Shown piece after piece: positions 7,504-17,624 of a stretch of 64,000 nt of DNA. The notes beneath the pieces are model-generated. The model saw only the letters and a list, made by a program, of their open reading frames with translations, did no database searches and had not been told where the DNA came from. The DNA comes from Candidatus Sulfomarinibacteraceae bacterium. GTDB taxonomy: Bacteria; Acidobacteriota; Thermoanaerobaculia; Thermoanaerobaculales; Sulfomarinibacteraceae. Made by a program: the position numbers and the translations under genes. How positions within the stretch are numbered: the stretch's first letter is position 1; each line of letters opens with the position of its first letter. The stretch is taken from the NCBI GenBank assembly GCA_963796455.1, contig CAWCLO010000001.1, positions 608,001 to 672,000 on the forward strand, in the 5' to 3' direction.

Positions 7504-8922
7504 GTGATGTATTCCTTCCGGAAGTGGCGAGAAAAGTACGGAACGATCACGGCCCGCTCGTTGTGGGACCTGTTCATGGTCTGGGTCGTGATCATCAACC
7601 TCGGCCTGATCCTCTTCGATCTCAGCTATCTGTGGCTTCGTCCGATGTACATCCATTGGGTACCCTTTGTGACAAAAATCTGGGACCCGGTCCTGGGTAT
7701 CAAACCCCACCCACTCACCGACCGTTTGATCGAAGAAGAGTCGGCGGCCGAGGAGATTCTGCGAATCGACCCGACATCGCCCGCACTCACCGTGAAGCTC
7801 GATCAATTGCGACGTCTGACGCAACGGATGTTCAACGAAAATCCTTTTTTCAGATCGGGGCAGACCAAGGACCTGGACGCCCTCTGGGTCGGGATGGCGA
7901 GAGAGACCGGCCGGGTTTCCACTCACTATTCGAATTCCGAGATCGTCGCCGCGGTCGCAGAGGATTACTGGAGCGGCTCACCAGAAGAACTGAGCACCCG
8001 CTTCAAGCGTTTTGACGAATTTGCGGTACCCCTGCTCGAACTCAACTACTTCCGTGGCTACGACCTCGACGGCGAGTTGATCGACCATTTCTGGAAGATT
8101 GACCTGCCGTTCCTGATCCTGTTCTGGTTCGAATTCCTGACCCGATGGATCCTTGCCTTCCGTCGGGGAAGCTATGCCCGGTGGTACTTCTTTCCGATCT
8201 TTTACTGGTACGACCTTCTCAGCCTGATACCGGTCACCGCGTTGCGGCCTCTTCGTCTGCTTCGAGTCCTGTCCATTTATATGCGGCTCCGCCAATCGGA
8301 GCTTTCGAACATCGGCCGGGATTTTTTCAGTCGAACCGTCGCCTACATATCCAACATCGTCACCGAAGAAGTCTCCGACCGCGTTGCCGTCCGTATCCTC
8401 GACGAGTACCGAGAAGAGATAGTAGACGGCACCCACGTCCGCATCGCCCGCGCCACGGTCGAACCACGGCGCGAGGAGATCGAACGAGTGCTCACCAACC
8501 AGATACGGAGCATCCTCACCGATGAGGAGACTCTCGAGCGTTTCCGGCAACTGCTCGAGCTGAACCTCGACAATGCCGTCGAAGAGTCGGAGAGCCTGCG
8601 TTCACTGCCGCTGCCGCATATGGTCGTCAAACCCGTCGTCCGGGCGGTCGGCGAAGTCATTCTCGAAACCACCATCGAGACCATCGCGACGACCCTCAAC
8701 AGTACGGAGGGTGATGAGGCGGTTCAGGCGGTGGCCTCCTCGATCATCGACTCGGTGTTCTCAGGCCCGGTTCTTGTAGAAATTGAATCGCTGGCCAAGG
8801 ACATCAGCCTCCAGGTCATCGATCACATGAAGGACGTCGTGGTCGTCAAAAAGTGGGCCCTGCCCGGCGAGCAGGAGGATCGACCAGCCATGCCGTGGGA
8901 GAAACCTGACGAGAAAGCGTAA
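7504..8922 (+). CDS. Membrane protein, ion-transport-like, with S4-type Arg repeat
   Basis: N-terminal TMs, DLLSLIP..LRPLRLLRVL motif, long helical acidic C-terminus. Confidence 0.75.
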   Translation: MMYSFRKWREKYGTITARSLWDLFMVWVVIINLGLILFDLSYLWLRPMYIHWVPFVTKIWDPVLGIKPHPLTDRLIEEESAAEEILRIDPTSPALTVKLDQLRRLTQRMFNENPFFRSGQTKDLDALWVGMARETGRVSTHYSNSEIVAAVAEDYWSGSPEELSTRFKRFDEFAVPLLELNYFRGYDLDGELIDHFWKIDLPFLILFWFEFLTRWILAFRRGSYARWYFFPIFYWYDLLSLIPVTALRPLRLLRVLSIYMRLRQSELSNIGRDFFSRTVAYISNIVTEEVSDRVAVRILDEYREEIVDGTHVRIARATVEPRREEIERVLTNQIRSILTDEETLERFRQLLELNLDNAVEESESLRSLPLPHMVVKPVVRAVGEVILETTIETIATTLNSTEGDEAVQAVASSIIDSVFSGPVLVEIESLAKDISLQVIDHMKDVVVVKKWALPGEQEDRPAMPWEKPDEKA

Positions 8923-9048
8923 AAGGGCGCACGGGTGAAAGGGAGCCCGTGAGCCCGTCGCGATTCTGATAAGGGCGCCTCGTCCCCCTTTCCCCCTTTC
9001 TCCCTTTCTCCCTTTCTCCCTTTCTCCCTTTCTCCCTTTCTCCCTTTT
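8921..9048. repeat. Octamer arrays AAAGGG.. / (CTCCCTTT)n
   Basis: About 8 CTCCCTTT-like units with a degenerate inverted arm on the left. Confidence 0.9.
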
Positions 9049-9115
9049 TGATAGTCCGGTGGTGCACAGGCGTGATGAAACCTATTCGAGTCCAACCGGC
9101 ACGGACTTGAAAAGA

Positions 9116-9916
9116 TCAGCTCTTGCCCGCCGAGAGGCGGTCGATCCGCAAGGTCGCATCCACCCCCATGAAATGGCGTCCCGCAAGGACCACCACCATC
9201 ATCGCGCCGAGCGCTACCGCGGCGGCGATCATGAACATGACCACGATCTGGTAGGCCACCGCCTGGAGAGGCGGGGAGCCGGCCAGGATCTGACCGGTCA
9301 TCATTCCGGGGAGCGATACGATCCCCGCCGCTGCCATGGAGTTGATGATCGGGATCATGCCGGTTCTGACGGAATCCTTGAGGGGCTCCGCCAGGGCCTC
9401 ACGGCGGTTGGCTCCGAAGGCGATACGAAGTTCGACCTCGGCCGTCCGGGTTGCGAGGGCATCGAGAAAACGATCGAGGCAGAGCGAGATACCGGTCAGC
9501 GAGTTGCCGAGGATCATTCCGAGCAACGGAATCACGTACTGGGGTTCCCACCAGGGATCGACACCCACCACAACCTGGGTGACGACACCGCCCACGACAA
9601 AACAGGTGGCGGCCATGGTGAGCCAGGTGTCGACGAGGATGCCACGATAGCGTCGCGAGGCGCGACCCACCGCCTCGCGGGCGGCAAAGACCGTCATCAG
9701 AACGAGAAGGACCACGACCAGGAGCGGGTTGCGAAGCGCAAAAATCCGTTCGAGGATCAAACCCAGAAGACCGAGTTGAATCACGGTCCGTATCGCGGCC
9801 ACCCCGAGCCGCCGCTCGACACCGAGACCGAGCACGAGTGAGACCACACCAGCCGCAACGATCAACAGGGAGGCGATCAGCAGCTGTGAAGGCCCGAGTT
9901 CGATGAATTCGGCCAT
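9116..9916 (-). CDS. fetB: ABC transporter permease, FetB/UPF0014 family
   Basis: RTVIQL, YVIPLLGMILGNS and VSLPGMMTGQILAG motifs. Confidence 0.88.
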   Translation of the reverse strand: MAEFIELGPSQLLIASLLIVAAGVVSLVLGLGVERRLGVAAIRTVIQLGLLGLILERIFALRNPLLVVVLLVLMTVFAAREAVGRASRRYRGILVDTWLTMAATCFVVGGVVTQVVVGVDPWWEPQYVIPLLGMILGNSLTGISLCLDRFLDALATRTAEVELRIAFGANRREALAEPLKDSVRTGMIPIINSMAAAGIVSLPGMMTGQILAGSPPLQAVAYQIVVMFMIAAAVALGAMMVVVLAGRHFMGVDATLRIDRLSAGKS

Positions 9917-10575
9917 CAGATTTCCCGCAATCCGTCACGCTCGAGGCGCAAGCGCCGATCGGCACGGCGGTTGAGATGGGGATCGTGGAGCACGCACAGA
10001 GCGAGGCAGCCCGGCCGTCGGCCGAATTGCAGCAGGAGATCGAAGCAGATTTCGGCGACCTCCGGGTCGAGACCGGAAAGCGGTTCATCGGCCACCAGAA
10101 CCCCCGGGTCCCAGAGCAAGCCTCGGACCAAAGCAAGCCGGTGGCGTTCACCGCCGGAGAGGGTTCCCACCATGCGATCGCGGGCGATGTTTCCGAGACC
10201 GACGTCGTTTAGCAGAGTTATCATTCGCGAGACATCGAGGTCACGGTCACGTCCTGCATTCTGGCAGAACGGCAAGTTCAGATTGTCATCCACCGTGCCC
10301 TGGATCATCGGCGCATCCTGCGCCACGAGACTCACCCGCGCCCGCCAAGCCGGAAGCTCTGCGCAGGCATAATCCGTTCCCGCCAAGCGCCGCGAGGCCG
10401 CCGGGCTCCAGGCCAGCGCGGTCAGGTGCCTGAGCAACGTGCTCTTGCCGCTTCCCGACGCACCCTCGATAGTGACGCACTGATTGTCTTCGAGAGACAC
10501 GGCAGCCCCCTCGAAGAGCACCCGGCCTTCGCCGTCGGAGGCGGAGAAGGGACCGCATTGCAGGAATGCTGTCAT
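9916..10575 (-). CDS. ABC transporter ATP-binding protein, FetA-like
   Basis: GASGSGKST, LSGGE and DEP motifs; overlaps the fetB start. Confidence 0.88.
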   Translation of the reverse strand: MTAFLQCGPFSASDGEGRVLFEGAAVSLEDNQCVTIEGASGSGKSTLLRHLTALAWSPAASRRLAGTDYACAELPAWRARVSLVAQDAPMIQGTVDDNLNLPFCQNAGRDRDLDVSRMITLLNDVGLGNIARDRMVGTLSGGERHRLALVRGLLWDPGVLVADEPLSGLDPEVAEICFDLLLQFGRRPGCLALCVLHDPHLNRRADRRLRLERDGLREI

Positions 10576-10599
10576 GTGGAGAGTGTATCTCCTCCCGAG

Positions 10600-10899
10600 T
10601 CCGGATCAGGAAAGGGAGAAAGGGGGGAGAAAGGGAGAAACCCCGCGACACGATGCTCGATACTCGATGCTGGATGCTCGAGCCCGAGCCCGTTTCCGAA
10701 AGGGGGAAAGGGAGAACGAACCTCCAAGTAACCGAGGGGCAGAGGGCCGCTCGGTATCCTCGCTATCGCTATCGGGATCGCTCTCGCTATCGAACGGCTG
10801 CGCTGGATACCGATCCCGTTCCCGTTCCCGGACGGAAGTACCGTCCCGGCACCGATCACCCACTCATGGCAATGTCGCCTCCCGATGTCATCTTGAAAG
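10600..10899. repeat. Composite intergenic repeat
   Basis: GGGAGAAA, GATGCTC/GATACTC, GCTATC and CCCGTT units, plus a ~50-bp block shared with 42909-42956. Confidence 0.85.
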
Positions 10900-11032
10900 C
10901 AAGCAAACAGCTCAGAATCTCCGCGGCAACATGTCACCAAGACCGGAGCAATTCGAAAAAGATGGTGATAGCGAAGATAATCCCAAACCGCGCGCCCTTC
11001 CCAGGGGGATAAATCCAGCATAAAATACTCAA

Positions 11033-12112
11033 GTGACCGACCCGCCTCTCCGACGTATCCTTCACGCCGATATGGATTGCTTCTATGCTGCGGTCCATAT
11101 GCGCGACGACCCTTCGCTGGCGGGCAAACCGGTGGTTGTCGGTGGCGACCCATCCGGGCGGGGGGTCGTGGCGGCCGCCAACTACGAGGCCCGTAAGTAC
11201 GGGATCCACTCCGCGCTGCCCGCGGCCCAGGCGCGGCGTCTCTGTCCGGAAACGATCTTCCTGCGCCCCGATTTCACCCGCTACCGGGAAGAATCTCAGA
11301 AGATCTTTGCCATCTACCGCGATTACACGCCAGTGGTCCAGACCCTTTCGCTCGACGAAGCTTTCCTCGATGTGAGCGATCATCTGAGGGACTTCGGCAG
11401 CGCCACCGCCGTTGCCACGGACATCCGTCGCCGGGTTCGAGAAGAACGCGGGCTCACGGTTTCGGTCGGAGTCGCGCCCAGCAAGCTGGTGGCCAAGATC
11501 GCCTCTGATCACGATAAGCCGGACGGGCTCACTGTTGTCAAACCCTCCCAGGTCCAAGTCTTCCTCGCGCCCCTCCCGGTTCGCCGCCTGCACGGCATCG
11601 GACCGGCAACCGAAAAGACCCTGCACGCCATGGGCATCAAGACGGTGACCGATCTCCGCCACGCCTCGGTGGATCTGCTGGCGGCCCGCTTCGGTCACTG
11701 GGGCCGCGGCATGCAGGAGCGGGCCTGGGGAATCGACAACCGTTCGGTTTCCACTCGCCACGAACGCAAGAGCATCAGCACCGAACGGACCTTCTCGGTC
11801 AATGTCAAAGCGAGCGCTGAAATCGACGAGATTCTCGTTTCGATGGCGGCGGAGGTTGCCAAGGCCCTCGAAAAACGCGAGCTCGCAGCCTCCACCATCA
11901 CGATCAAGGTCCGGTATCCGGATTTCACCACCCCCACCCGCTCCCACACCCTTCCGACTCCGACCAACGACGCTTCGACCATCGCTTCGGTCGCCCATGA
12001 GCTGGTCCGCCGCACCGAGGCTGCCAAACGATCCGTCCGCCTGCTCGGCGTCGGCGCCAGCAACCTGGTCCCGGGTGAGCTCGGTCAACGAGCACTCTTT
12101 GGTAACGAGTAG
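11033..12112 (+). CDS. dinB: DNA polymerase IV
   Basis: ILHADMDCFYA, RGVVAAANYEAR, SLDEAFLD and KPDG motifs. Confidence 0.95.
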   Translation: MTDPPLRRILHADMDCFYAAVHMRDDPSLAGKPVVVGGDPSGRGVVAAANYEARKYGIHSALPAAQARRLCPETIFLRPDFTRYREESQKIFAIYRDYTPVVQTLSLDEAFLDVSDHLRDFGSATAVATDIRRRVREERGLTVSVGVAPSKLVAKIASDHDKPDGLTVVKPSQVQVFLAPLPVRRLHGIGPATEKTLHAMGIKTVTDLRHASVDLLAARFGHWGRGMQERAWGIDNRSVSTRHERKSISTERTFSVNVKASAEIDEILVSMAAEVAKALEKRELAASTITIKVRYPDFTTPTRSHTLPTPTNDASTIASVAHELVRRTEAAKRSVRLLGVGASNLVPGELGQRALFGNE

Positions 12113-12134
12113 CCGCTCGCTTCCTGAAAACTAC

Positions 12135-13215
12135 AGAGGCACAACGACACAGATGCTGGATGCTGGATCAGCCACCGTTCGTCACAACCACCAAGACACG
12201 AAGCCGCCACCAAGGTTCTTGTCACGGCGTAGCCACGGAGCGACGATGCCGGACCCACAGAACACACAGAAAAACACAGAAGCCATCGCAGCGCAGCGCA
12301 ATTTGCCCGCAGATCACGCAGATAGACACAGATGACAGCCTGATTGCGGGGACATCAGATACCGCTGCAACCAAACGGCGTCCGCATCTGGAGTTCTTAA
12401 CGCAAAGGCGCAAAGACGCAGAGGACTTCCCGGACGAATCCTCAGTCAGGCGAGGTCCTGGCCGCCGTTGGCGGCCAGGTACCGCTGGGTAAGGAAACCG
12501 CCCCGAAAACAAGCTGTCGTCGCGGTTTCCTTACCCAGCGTCCCTGCGCGACCGCGCAGGCCTCGCCTCCTTCCTCCTCTTTTCTTCAATCAAGGAAGGT
12601 GGTCTCCGATGCAAGGCAGAACCGGCATGCCGTAGGCCTGCCGGACGGTGGGAAGCGGGGTGACAACGAGCGCTGGCGATCGGAGTCACCCCTCTTCTCA
12701 CCGGCGACGGGCGATCGGAGATCGTCTGTCGATCTGCCGACACTGACGCCACCCTCGCACAAGTCCGCCAACCGCGCCTTTGCGTCTTGGCGTTCTTTGC
12801 GTTTTCATCAATGTGCACGCGAGACGCGTGCACCACCATGGTGGTGCAGCCGTCTCGGCTGCACTCCGGTCGTGCCTTTGCGATGGCTTCTGTGTGTTCT
12901 GTGTGTTCTGTGGGCCTTTGCGCCAGCCCTCTGTGTTCCCTCTCTGTGTCTCCGTGCCTCCGTGGTTTCCTTGGTGTGGCTCCTTTGTGCCTTTGTGTCT
13001 TCGTGTTTGGGCGTCCTCTATCTGGGTCCACCTGGGTGATCGGTGGGCATATTCGGTCCATCTCCCGTCGATAGCGATAGCGATAGCGATAGCGATAGCG
13101 ATAGCGATGATCATATCTGCGTTCATCTGCGTGATCTGCGGTTTCTCCTGCGATGGTTGGGCGAGAATCCAAAAACCGAGAATCCTAATTCCTAACTTCA
13201 ATTCCTAAATTCATA
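12135..13215. repeat. ~1.1-kb composite repeat region with inverted 9-mer arms and palindromic core
   Basis: Left arm has ACACAGAA-, CGCAGAT- and CGCAAAG-type arrays; their complements lie on the right. Perfect 19-bp IR at 12483-12501/12522-12540, (CGATAG)x6 at 13069, AATTCCT-like array at the right end. Confidence 0.9.
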
Positions 13216-13250
13216 CCTGCTCACCCGGATCTGGCACACTGGTTTTCCGA

Positions 13251-13748
13251 ATGGCAACAACTGGATCAGGCACCCGTACCAGCCGTCTCGTCCTCGGCAT
13301 CGTCACAGCACTCGCACTGCTTTGGACCGCCGGGGTGGTCTTGGCACCGTGGCTTTCGAGCAACGCCTCGATGCTCGGTGGGTGGTTGCGCTTACTCTAC
13401 CGTCCCGGCTGCCACCAGATCGCCGATCGATGCATTGATCTCGGCTTTGGCCCGATGGCGGTCTGCGCCCGCTGTTTCGGGCTCTACCTCGGGGGCTCTC
13501 TCGGACTTTTGTGGATGACCGCCTGGAACCGGCCGTGTCGTCCGCGACCGTTGTGGCTTGCGATCATCGCGACGCCGACGATCCTCGATTTTGCGGCCGG
13601 TCAGATCGGACTGCCCAGTCTCGGAAATTGGCAGCGCCTGCTTTTGGCTATGCCCCTCGGGCTCCTTGCCGGAATCTACATCGGGGATGCACTGCTTTCC
13701 ATCATCCGGCAGAACAGCAAACACATCGCACAGGATTCGGTAGGATAG
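13251..13748 (+). CDS. Predicted membrane protein (DUF2085-like)
   Basis: CHQIADR..MAVCARCFGLYLG motif. Confidence 0.8.
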   Translation: MATTGSGTRTSRLVLGIVTALALLWTAGVVLAPWLSSNASMLGGWLRLLYRPGCHQIADRCIDLGFGPMAVCARCFGLYLGGSLGLLWMTAWNRPCRPRPLWLAIIATPTILDFAAGQIGLPSLGNWQRLLLAMPLGLLAGIYIGDALLSIIRQNSKHIAQDSVG

Positions 13749-13768
13749 GTGCACCCAAGGAGGAGGAC

Positions 13769-14287
13769 ATGCAGAATCAAACGCCCTCGATCATGACACC
13801 TGCCCTTATTGCCGGTGTTTTATTCGGAATCATCGGCGGCATTCCAGTTCTTCACCTCGGTTGTTGTCTGTGGGCCCTCGGTGCAGGCCTTTTCGCCACG
13901 TACCTTTACTCGAGACGTGCGAAGACGGCGGATGAGCTGTTTTCTGCCAAAAAGGGTGCGGTCGTTGGGCTTGTCGGCGGCGGTATATTTGGATTCGTTG
14001 CCGGGTCGGTCCACTCTTTCATCCTCAATTTCCTCGGCGCGCTTGATGCCGAAGTCATCGCCGACCAGGTGGCGCAGAATCCGATGATCGCTCCCGAGGA
14101 CTTCGAACAGGTCAATCAGATCCTGCAGTCGACAGGGCCCTTACTTTTTGTTTTGGTTTTTATTTTTTTATGGTTGATTACCGGCCTGATCTTCGGCACC
14201 CTCGGCGGTCTGATCGGCGGGTCGGTCTTCAAACATGAACCCGAGGCCGTCACCGACACAGCACCTCCACCACCACCGATCGGATAG
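13769..14287 (+). CDS. Hypothetical membrane protein
   Basis: GGAGGAGG RBS, 4 TMs, CCLW motif, Pro-rich tail. Confidence 0.75.
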   Translation: MQNQTPSIMTPALIAGVLFGIIGGIPVLHLGCCLWALGAGLFATYLYSRRAKTADELFSAKKGAVVGLVGGGIFGFVAGSVHSFILNFLGALDAEVIADQVAQNPMIAPEDFEQVNQILQSTGPLLFVLVFIFLWLITGLIFGTLGGLIGGSVFKHEPEAVTDTAPPPPPIG

Positions 14288-14317
14288 GTCAACGGATCCT
14301 CGAAAAGGGAGAAGCTC

Positions 14318-14992
14318 ATGAACGCTACGGTCCCACCGCCGCCCGCAGTACCGGCCCTGCCAACGCAGCCGATCGCCTGGGAGGACCCCAGCCGCGGAAG
14401 TTGGTTTGAACGATTCTTCGAAACGGTGAAGAGCCTTGCAACCGCACCGGGAGATGCCTTCAGAAGTATGCCAACCGAAGGAGGCATCGGCAAACCACTG
14501 GTGTACACCATCATGGTGGGCTGGATCGGGTTCGCCATCGCGATCATCTGGAACGTGATGTTTCAAAGCATGTGGATTCCGTTTATGGACCTTGGAGAAG
14601 CGGCAGGATCTGCAATCGGCATATCCATCATCGGTGCGATCGGGATGATCGTGATCGCTCCGATTTTTGTCATTCTCGGCGTGTTCATCGCCTCGGCCAT
14701 CCTCCACCTCATGCTGATGATCGTGGGCGCCGCGAACAACGGATTCGAGGCCACGGTCCGAATCGTCTGCTACTCCCAGACCGCTCAGTTGGCCAACATT
14801 ATTCCCCTGTGCGGTGGTGTCGTCGCCTTGATTTGGGGAATCATCCTCTACATTGTCGGAATTGCCGCGGGTCACGAAACGACTCACGGTAAAGCAGTCC
14901 TCGCGGTGCTTCTGCCTGTCGTTCTGTGCTGCGCATTTACCGCCGTGATGTTCTTCGTCTTTATGGGAGTAGTCGCAGCCCAGGCCCAGTGA
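14318..14992 (+). CDS. YIP1 family membrane protein
   Basis: IAWED..FFETVK, GFEATVRIVCYS and HETTHGKA motifs. Confidence 0.8.
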   Translation: MNATVPPPPAVPALPTQPIAWEDPSRGSWFERFFETVKSLATAPGDAFRSMPTEGGIGKPLVYTIMVGWIGFAIAIIWNVMFQSMWIPFMDLGEAAGSAIGISIIGAIGMIVIAPIFVILGVFIASAILHLMLMIVGAANNGFEATVRIVCYSQTAQLANIIPLCGGVVALIWGIILYIVGIAAGHETTHGKAVLAVLLPVVLCCAFTAVMFFVFMGVVAAQAQ

Positions 14993-15387
14993 AAACCAGA
15001 CCAGCCGGAGTCATCGACCGTCAGCTCTCAGCCTTGTGGCTGGCGGCTGCGGTTTCGTCGCTAGCCCTGAAACCATTATGGTTGGCCGTTGCGCCCCATC
15101 TGCGGCCGTGCATATTTCATTCGCTCACAGGAATCGCGTGTCCCTCGTGCGGCACCACCCGCGCCGCCGTCGCCTTTCTCGATGGCAACCTGCTTGCTTC
15201 ATTCGCGGCCAATCCACTGGCGATGATCGCCGGGTTCATCTTTGTCGCCGGTGCGCCGGTGGCCATGATCTGGACCCTCGCGAGGCTGCCGATTCCGACC
15301 CTCGCAAAACCTCTCCCCGTGTGGACAAAGATCGTCGCGGTCGTTCTTCTGCTCGTGAATTGGATCTACGTCATCGTCACTCTGTGA
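14989..15387 (+). CDS. DUF2752-like membrane protein
   Basis: CIFHSLTGIACPSCGTTRA motif; GTG start overlaps the upstream stop. Confidence 0.8.
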   Translation: MKTRPAGVIDRQLSALWLAAAVSSLALKPLWLAVAPHLRPCIFHSLTGIACPSCGTTRAAVAFLDGNLLASFAANPLAMIAGFIFVAGAPVAMIWTLARLPIPTLAKPLPVWTKIVAVVLLLVNWIYVIVTL

Positions 15388-15463
15388 CCCCGCCCCAAAA
15401 CCAGAATACGTCATCATTTTGAGATTCCGTATCTATAGCTGACACTTCGTCAGTTGCGTAAAC

Positions 15464-15492
15464 TTGACAATATCGAAATCTGGAAATATTCT
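15464..15492 (+). promoter_or_regulatory. Sigma70-type promoter of cytochrome operon
   Basis: TTGACA-17 bp-TATTCT in an AT-rich gap. Confidence 0.6.
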
Positions 15493-15539
15493 CCTTGAGT
15501 GATATGAAAATATAGTTCTTCAAAAAACCAACTCTTACA

Positions 15540-15557
15540 TTGTGAAAAATTGTACAA
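15540..15557. promoter_or_regulatory. Rex-like operator adjoining the RBS
   Basis: TTGTGAA-AAAT-TGTACAA, a 12/14 match to TTGTGAA-N4-TTCACAA. Confidence 0.5.
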
Positions 15558-15567
15558 GGAGGTACAG

Positions 15568-15924
15568 ATGCGCAAGTCTCATGTGTTCGTCGCGACCGTT
15601 TTGATTGGTGTCATGGCATTGAGCCTGGCCAACGTGGCCACCGCCGCCAAAAAGCCCAAGGGCGTGGATCTTTACAAGGAATATTGTAAGCCCTGCCACG
15701 AAGCCGATTCGGAAAACGGCGAATACACCCCCATGACCATGATCCAGGATCAGTGGGATCGTTTCTTCGACAAAAAATACGTCGACAGCCACTCCGGCGT
15801 GATGGATCCCAACCACGACAACAAACCGGTCACCGAGGTCATCAGCGAAGACGATCTCGAGATGATCAAAAAGTTCGCAGTTGACCATGCGGCTGATTCC
15901 GAACAGCCGATGACCTGCGGTTGA
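15568..15924 (+). CDS. Periplasmic monoheme c-type cytochrome
   Basis: Signal peptide, CKPCH, C-terminal DSEQPMTCG; AGGAGG RBS. Confidence 0.85.
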   Translation: MRKSHVFVATVLIGVMALSLANVATAAKKPKGVDLYKEYCKPCHEADSENGEYTPMTMIQDQWDRFFDKKYVDSHSGVMDPNHDNKPVTEVISEDDLEMIKKFAVDHAADSEQPMTCG

Positions 15925-15952
15925 TTCAGCCTGAAATTAGGAGGAGGACACA

Positions 15953-17596
15953 ATGTTTCGCAAGACACTCTCAGTGCTCGGCATCCTGCTGCTCGGTCTG
16001 ACCACCGTCGGGTTCACCCAGGACGCGGCGACAGCGGAAGAGATCGACAAGCTCAAAGAAGAAATCTCAGACCTCGAAAAACGGGTCATGAAGAATGAGG
16101 TCAAGACCGCCAAAGACCGCGTGAATTTCAGGGGCGACTTCCGCTTCGAGATCAATTCCATCAACTCGACCTATGACGATCATTTCAACGGAATGGCCCT
16201 CCAGAGAATGCTGGTGGACACCCTGTTCTACTTCAACGGCACCGGCATGCCGCCGCAGTCGCCCGCGGATGTGCAGAATTTCATCGCCCAGAATTATGCG
16301 AACTATCTCTACTTCCAGGACAATGTCGTCAGTTTTGACTGGCTCAAGAACACCCTGGGCCAGTTCCCGCCGGAGATGCAAGAAGCTCTGATGCAACAGC
16401 TGCTGCCCTACACCTACACCGAGGGCTACGACTACTCGAACGACATCCTCTACACCAACCGCCTGCGCCTCCAGATGGATGCCAAGGTCGCCGACAGCGT
16501 CGACTTTGCCGGCCGTCTTTCGATGTACAAGGTGTGGGGCGACTCCACGGGAGTCCAGACCTTCAACGGTTTCCCGACCTCGATCAATGTCGACGGCACC
16601 ACCGCCTCGGTCCCGAACTCGGACATCCTGCGCGTCGAGCGCGCCTATTTCACCTGGCACTCCGACAAGATGTATCTGTCGATCGGTCGCAGGCCGTCGA
16701 CCGGCGGCGCTCCGCTCAACCTCCGCAACGATGAGCCCCGCGGTGGAACACCGCTTGGTTCGATCATCAACTACCAGTTTGACGGCGCGACCTTTGGTTG
16801 GAACATCAGCGAAAAGTCCACGTTCCGCCTCTGCTACGGCGTCGGCTTCGAATCCGGCTTCGGCAACGCCCAGGAGCTGCAACAGCCCGCCGACCGGCTC
16901 AAGGACGCGTCCTTCTTCGGTATCAACTGGGATGTCTACAAAAACGAGAATGTCTTCATCCAGGCCAGCATCGCACGTGCATTTGACGTGACCGACGGAT
17001 TCGGCGGCCTCGTCGTCCTGCCCGTTGATCCGGTCTCCGGACAGGATATTCCCGCACCCGTCGTTCTTCGCTACTCCCCGTCGGCCAACCTCGGCGACAT
17101 CACGTGGGCGAGCGCGGTCGTGGTCGGCAACACCGGGCCCTTCGACTATTTCGCCACCCTCTCGTACATGGAGTCCGACCCCAACAACGTCACGACGCCC
17201 TTCGGCGGCCTCTTCTCGGATCCCTTTGAGACTCCCGAAAAACAGGACGGCTACGCCTACTACTTCGGCGCCCGCTATACCTTCGCCAACAACAAGACCA
17301 AGCTCGGTCTCGAGTACAACTACGGCTCCGAGTACTGGTTCAACATGGGCGTGGCCGAGGACAGCCTCTTCGGACCCAAGACCTCGACCCGCGGCAGCGT
17401 GTGGGAGCTCTACCTCACCCACCGGATCACGAAGAACTTCATCCTCAAGCTCGACTACATGAAGTACGACTTCACGTACTCGCAGTCCGGCTGGCACATG
17501 GGCGCTCCGAAGGAACTGGATTCGACTCCTATCCTCGGCTTCCCGTCTCCGACCAGCGCCGACCGTTTCCTGCTAGGATTGCAGGCGCGGTTCTGA
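15953..17596 (+). CDS. Outer-membrane beta-barrel, DUF3373-like porin
   Basis: Signal peptide, N-terminal coiled coil, RLRLQM / RVERAYF / SIGRRPST motifs, terminal Phe. Confidence 0.8.
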   Translation: MFRKTLSVLGILLLGLTTVGFTQDAATAEEIDKLKEEISDLEKRVMKNEVKTAKDRVNFRGDFRFEINSINSTYDDHFNGMALQRMLVDTLFYFNGTGMPPQSPADVQNFIAQNYANYLYFQDNVVSFDWLKNTLGQFPPEMQEALMQQLLPYTYTEGYDYSNDILYTNRLRLQMDAKVADSVDFAGRLSMYKVWGDSTGVQTFNGFPTSINVDGTTASVPNSDILRVERAYFTWHSDKMYLSIGRRPSTGGAPLNLRNDEPRGGTPLGSIINYQFDGATFGWNISEKSTFRLCYGVGFESGFGNAQELQQPADRLKDASFFGINWDVYKNENVFIQASIARAFDVTDGFGGLVVLPVDPVSGQDIPAPVVLRYSPSANLGDITWASAVVVGNTGPFDYFATLSYMESDPNNVTTPFGGLFSDPFETPEKQDGYAYYFGARYTFANNKTKLGLEYNYGSEYWFNMGVAEDSLFGPKTSTRGSVWELYLTHRITKNFILKLDYMKYDFTYSQSGWHMGAPKELDSTPILGFPSPTSADRFLLGLQARF

Positions 17597-17624
17597 GAAA
17601 ACACAACGATCGAGGAGGCAGCAA

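Noticed and set aside
10940..11032. LexA box upstream of dinB
   Set aside because: Only partial CGAA-type half-sites; no convincing match to a motif I can support.
12531..13208. ORFs with IAIAIA, YRYRYR, RGAEEQ or KGERE repeats (also near 36610, 44372, 8823, 42618)
   Set aside because: Translations of the DNA tandem arrays, open in several frames, with no protein-like features. They also falsely extend fabH and the PEP-binding gene N-termini.
12135..13215. CRISPR array in the repeat-rich gaps
   Set aside because: No constant 23-47-bp repeats with regular unique spacers, and no cas genes.
15922..15952. Sec read-through after TCG-TGA of the small cytochrome
   Set aside because: No hairpin after the UGA, and the continuation is out of frame with the next gene.
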